A stretch of 54,249 nt of DNA, from positions 30,468 through 84,716 of the forward strand of contig DCVI01000197.1 in NCBI GenBank assembly GCA_002327315.1, in the 5' to 3' direction. The DNA comes from Syntrophaceae bacterium UBA2192. Its GTDB lineage: Bacteria > Desulfobacterota > Syntrophia > Syntrophales > UBA2192. The first letter of the stretch is position 1, and each line of letters opens with the position of its first letter. Below are positions 51,222 through 54,249 of this stretch, piece after piece. Both the position numbers and the translations under genes were made by a program. A model generated the notes under the pieces. That model did no database searches. It saw nothing but the letters and a program-made list of their open reading frames with translations, and was not told the DNA's origin.

Positions 51222-52052
51222 GTGGAACGGGCACCTGTTGCATGCATACTCTGCGGCAGCCCAGCCCGGTCGGCCATGGTCGAACGGGACGGCTGGACCG
51301 TGTTCAAGTGCAGCGGCTGCGGCCTCGGGGTTCTGGACCCGCGCCCCGACCGCGAGGAACTGGGCCGGCTCTACGAAAAGGAATACTTCGACAGCCAGTA
51401 CCGCGAGGGGCTGCGTCCCGGCTCCCCGGAGATGCAGCGGCGAATCTCCCAGGAGGACCACCGGATCCGGTTTTTCCGGAAATTCAAGAGGCGGGGGCTG
51501 GTTGTAGACATCGGATGCGGCATGGGGTACTTTCTCTATGCCGCCCGGCAGGCGGGCTACGACGTCACGGGGGTCGACATTTCCGATCACGCCGCCTCCT
51601 ACGTGAGGGAGGTTTTGAACATCCCGATGAGGATCGGCCACATCGACGCCGTCGAGGTGCCGGAGCGCACCGTGGATGTGGCCACCATGTGGCACTTCCT
51701 GGAACACACGGACGACCCGCGGCGCTACATCGAGAAAGTCGCCCGATGGCTCAAGCCCGACGGCCTGCTGGTCATCGACGTGCCGAACTACGAGGGCACG
51801 GACGCGCAGAAGACCTGGCGCAACTGGGTGGGCTGGCAGCTCCCCTACCACTTCTACCATTTCACGCCGGCAACGCTCGCCCTGCTGCTCTCGCAGCACG
51901 GCTTCGAAGTCATCCACCACAAGGACTACCACTCGGAGATCGTCAAGGAGAGGCTCCGGAAGATCCCCGTAGTCGGCCTGTTTGCACGGCTTGTCGCGAA
52001 GGTCTTCTCGGGGACCAGCTACGCCGTGGTGGTCAGAAAGAAAACCACATGA
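51222..52052 (+). CDS. Class I SAM-dependent methyltransferase with an N-terminal Cys4 zinc ribbon
   Basis: CILCGS...FKCSGCG, VVDIGCGMGYFL (motif I) and LKPDGLLVIDVPN. The GTG start lies immediately after the upstream TGA. Confidence 0.8.
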   Translation: MERAPVACILCGSPARSAMVERDGWTVFKCSGCGLGVLDPRPDREELGRLYEKEYFDSQYREGLRPGSPEMQRRISQEDHRIRFFRKFKRRGLVVDIGCGMGYFLYAARQAGYDVTGVDISDHAASYVREVLNIPMRIGHIDAVEVPERTVDVATMWHFLEHTDDPRRYIEKVARWLKPDGLLVIDVPNYEGTDAQKTWRNWVGWQLPYHFYHFTPATLALLLSQHGFEVIHHKDYHSEIVKERLRKIPVVGLFARLVAKVFSGTSYAVVVRKKTT

Positions 52053-52055
52053 GCT

Positions 52056-53000
52056 TTGGTGAGACCCGTGAAGAATGAAACCTATCTCGATCAACTGATT
52101 GCGGGCGGGGCGTTCCGCTTCGACCGGCTGAATATCGACGGCATCGACAATGAGCCCGTCTTCAAGCTCAACGTACCCGAGATGGTGGAGCAGGAGACCT
52201 GCCTGTTCCACCGGGACGTCTCCTCGGGCAACCAGTACCTGGAGTTCCTGCACGCAACGGTGCAGAAGGCAATCGCTCAGAAGGCCGCCATGCCCATCGT
52301 GCGGTTTGCCGACGGCGAATACGCCTTCTACCGGAACTCCCTGGATTGCAACGGCCTGTACCGGCAGGCCGAAAACGTGGCGGCAATCCGCAAGGCCATG
52401 CCCTCTCACATCGAAGCCATGCGAACACTTGCCCGCCGCGGGAAGATCGCCACCCTCGTCTTCCCGGGCAACACGCGGGAAAAAGAGCGGGGCTTCTTTT
52501 CCTTCCTGCGCAAATCGAAAAACGACGACTCGGCCATCGGGTTCCTGGATTTTCTCGCCGCAAGCGGAATCGAGCTTTCCGGCGGCAACTACATCCCCTT
52601 CTACGCCGTCTACGCCTATCTCGTAACGGGGCGCTTCGCGCGCCTGCTCGACGGAAAGTCCGTCTGCATCATCAACTCGGACTTTGATGAAAAAGCCTGC
52701 GAGGCCTGGTTCCGACAGTTCTCGAGCACCCCCCGGATCTCGCACGCGCCAATTGCGGCCGAGTATGTGGCCACCCGCTGGAATTCGATGCGGGACGGCG
52801 TTTTGTCGAACATCCCTCCCGATGTCGATTTCTGCATCGTCGGGGCGGGCGTCGGGGCGCTGCAGGTCTGCGTCGATGCGGCTGAGGGGTTTTCGATCCC
52901 CGCAATCGACGCGGGGCATGTCATGAACATGATGAATGGCCGTGTGGACAAATCCGGCGGGCCCCGGCTCTACACCCTTTGGAAGGAAGGCAGGGCATGA
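52056..53000 (+). CDS. GT-D (DUF1792)-like glycosyltransferase candidate
   Basis: PIVRFADGEYAFY resembles the RFGDGE motif. The C-terminal FCIVGAGVGALQVCVDAAEGFSIPAIDAGHV resembles the GxGPxA...AIDIGH motif of DUF1792 proteins as I recall them. The start is non-ATG (TTG 52056 or GTG 52059). Confidence 0.45.
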   Translation: MVRPVKNETYLDQLIAGGAFRFDRLNIDGIDNEPVFKLNVPEMVEQETCLFHRDVSSGNQYLEFLHATVQKAIAQKAAMPIVRFADGEYAFYRNSLDCNGLYRQAENVAAIRKAMPSHIEAMRTLARRGKIATLVFPGNTREKERGFFSFLRKSKNDDSAIGFLDFLAASGIELSGGNYIPFYAVYAYLVTGRFARLLDGKSVCIINSDFDEKACEAWFRQFSSTPRISHAPIAAEYVATRWNSMRDGVLSNIPPDVDFCIVGAGVGALQVCVDAAEGFSIPAIDAGHVMNMMNGRVDKSGGPRLYTLWKEGRA

Positions 53001-54169
53001 GCGACCCCCTGCAAAGCACCCGCAGGCGCCTGAGGGCCTGGCGAAACCGGCGCAGGCTCGAGAAGGAGCGGGATTTCTACGAGGACGCTTTCCGGTCCCG
53101 CGGCCTGAAAATCCCCGGGGAGGCCGAGATCCGGGCGGCCATGCGGGAGCGCTTCCCCCAAATGAAACCCAGCCCCCGCGGGGCCTTGCGCACCCTGGCG
53201 ATCTGGCACAACTACAACTGGGTGACGGACGCCCTGAAGCCGTCCCTGGAACGGTTTGGGCCGGTCCGCCTCTACGACTGGTACGGGGAGTTCGACCACA
53301 GCCGCAAAGACTGGGACCGCGCCGTTAAACCCCGGATGAACCGGGCCCTCGTCGATCTCGTCGACACGTGGTGCCGGGCCGAGCGGCCCGACGTGATCTT
53401 CACGTACCTCTCGGGGGAGCTGGTCTGGCCCGAGACAGTGCAGGCAATGCGATCGCAGGGGATCCCGATCGTCAATCTCGCCCTCAACGACAAGGAGAAC
53501 TTCGTGGGAAAGATCCGCGGGGGGCGTGCCTTCGGGATGAGGGACATCTGCCGGCACTTCGACCTGTGCTGGACGAGCACCGAGGACGCCCTGAAGAAGT
53601 ACTGCGTCGAGGGAACCTTGCCCCTTTACCTTCCGGAAGGGGCCAACCCGGAGGTTCACCGGCCCCATGACGTCGAGCGCTCGATCGACGTGTCCTTCGT
53701 GGGACAGTGCTACGGCAACCGGCCCGAGGTCATCCGGAAGCTGCAGGAAAGGGGCATCCGCGCCGAGGCCTTCGGGTTCGGCTGGCCGAACGGGGCGCTC
53801 GCAACGGAGGAAATGGTGAAGATGTATTCCCGCAGCCGGATCAACCTGGGCTTCGGGGGCGTGGCGGGGCATGACGACACGTACTGCCTGAAAGGAAGGG
53901 ACTTCGAAATCCCCATGAGCGGCGGTCTCTACGTCACCGAATCCTGCACGGAGCTCGGGAAGTTCTTCCGGCCGGGTCAGGAAGTGGTCACCTACGGGGA
54001 TTTCGACGATCTCGTGGAGAAGATCCGCCGCCTTCTTTCCCACCCCGAAGAGGCCGAGAGAATCAGGAAGGCGGGATTCGAGCGGGCCCGCTCCGAGCAC
54101 ACCTGGGAGATGCGGTTCGAGAAGGTATTCAAGCTCCTCGGGGTGTTGGAAGCGAAGCCACAGCCATAA
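52997..54169 (+). CDS. CgeB-family / GT-B-type glycosyltransferase-like protein
   Basis: The C-terminal half is IDVSFVGQCYGNRPEVIRKL...SRINLGF...LKGRDFEIPMSGGLYVTE...GQEVVTYGDFDDLVEKIRRLLSHPEEAERIRKAGFERARSEHTW. ATGA overlaps the upstream stop codon. Confidence 0.6.
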   Translation: MSDPLQSTRRRLRAWRNRRRLEKERDFYEDAFRSRGLKIPGEAEIRAAMRERFPQMKPSPRGALRTLAIWHNYNWVTDALKPSLERFGPVRLYDWYGEFDHSRKDWDRAVKPRMNRALVDLVDTWCRAERPDVIFTYLSGELVWPETVQAMRSQGIPIVNLALNDKENFVGKIRGGRAFGMRDICRHFDLCWTSTEDALKKYCVEGTLPLYLPEGANPEVHRPHDVERSIDVSFVGQCYGNRPEVIRKLQERGIRAEAFGFGWPNGALATEEMVKMYSRSRINLGFGGVAGHDDTYCLKGRDFEIPMSGGLYVTESCTELGKFFRPGQEVVTYGDFDDLVEKIRRLLSHPEEAERIRKAGFERARSEHTWEMRFEKVFKLLGVLEAKPQP

Positions 54170-54186
54170 AGAGTTTTGAAAAATTC

Positions 54187-54249
54187 AAATCCCCCTTCAT
54201 CCCCCTTTGGAAACCATATACCTTAGTTTCCCTCTCCCTTGAGGGGAGA
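54187..54249. repeat. GC-rich intergenic repeats (same families as at 1098 and 3928), cut by the window end
   Basis: AAATCCCCCTTCATCCCCCTTTGGAAA is at 54187-54213. TCCCTCTCCCTTGAGGGGAGA at 54229-54249 is identical to 3928-3948. Confidence 0.8.

Noticed and set aside
50619-52919. A 766-aa ORF on the minus strand, the longest ORF in this part of the window.
   Set aside because: It lies antisense to three well-supported plus-strand genes (GT2, methyltransferase, GT-D-like). The protein is Arg/Pro/Gly/Val-rich and low-complexity, with no recognisable domain. This is typical stop-codon-poor shadow reading in high-GC DNA.

Overview
This window is a large cell-envelope glycan (LPS core, O-antigen/EPS-type) biosynthesis supercluster from a high-GC Gram-negative genome. 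The gene content and intergenic repeat style suggest an anaerobic deltaproteobacterium/Desulfobacterota-like organism, but taxonomy cannot be fixed without a database search. I count about 50 credible protein genes. I saw no rRNA, tRNA, CRISPR array, transposase or integrase. Layout: (i) 1-8.6 kb is high-GC backbone with LPS-core-type genes: two GT9 heptosyltransferase-like genes, two GT2, one GT4, a Trm112-like gene and a long-type UDP-glucose 6-dehydrogenase. It is interrupted by a VapBC toxin-antitoxin pair, and every intergenic gap carries patches of shared GC-rich hairpin repeats. (ii) 8.6-12.2 kb is a very AT-rich accessory module: a PEP-CTERM-anchored protein, a secreted Gly/Tyr-rich protein with 26-aa repeats, and a membrane-anchored coiled-coil protein. 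(iii) 12.3-47.8 kb lies entirely on the + strand and is compositionally mosaic. It holds a WbpE-like aminotransferase, an AT-rich Wzz-like gene, a WbpB-WbpD-like fusion and a Wzx-like flippase. Next comes a translationally coupled Arn/Gtr-like lipid-carrier decoration module: a GT-C-like protein, WbqC, an ArnC/GtrB-like GT2, two methyltransferases, an acyltransferase, a beta-propeller protein, a small ArnE/F-like 4-TM protein and a WecE-like aminotransferase. After it come an AsnB-type amidotransferase, a Wzy-like protein, an acetyltransferase, a GT4, a WbuX/HisH/HisF acetamidino triad, a bi-domain oxidoreductase, a WecB-like epimerase, a heparinase II/III-like protein, a WbuB-like GT4, a PglC/D/E/F-like block, an O-antigen-ligase-family protein, a relic of a second ligase gene and another GT-C-like protein. 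(iv) 47.9-54.2 kb returns to high-GC backbone: an SDR epimerase, a UbiA-family polyprenyl-phosphate phosphoribosyltransferase-like gene, a GtrA-like gene, a GT2, a methyltransferase, a GT-D(DUF1792)-like protein and a CgeB-like GT. The many long antisense or overlapping ORFs in the high-GC parts are GC shadow ORFs and are rejected. The best candidates for something undescribed are the Arn/Gtr-like decoration module at 17.5-25.3 kb, the UbiA/GtrA/SDR/GT-C module at 46.1-50.3 kb, the AT-rich PEP-CTERM/repeat-protein module, and the cytoplasmic heparinase-like protein embedded in a nucleotide-sugar operon. All functional calls come from reading motifs by eye; no searches were run.
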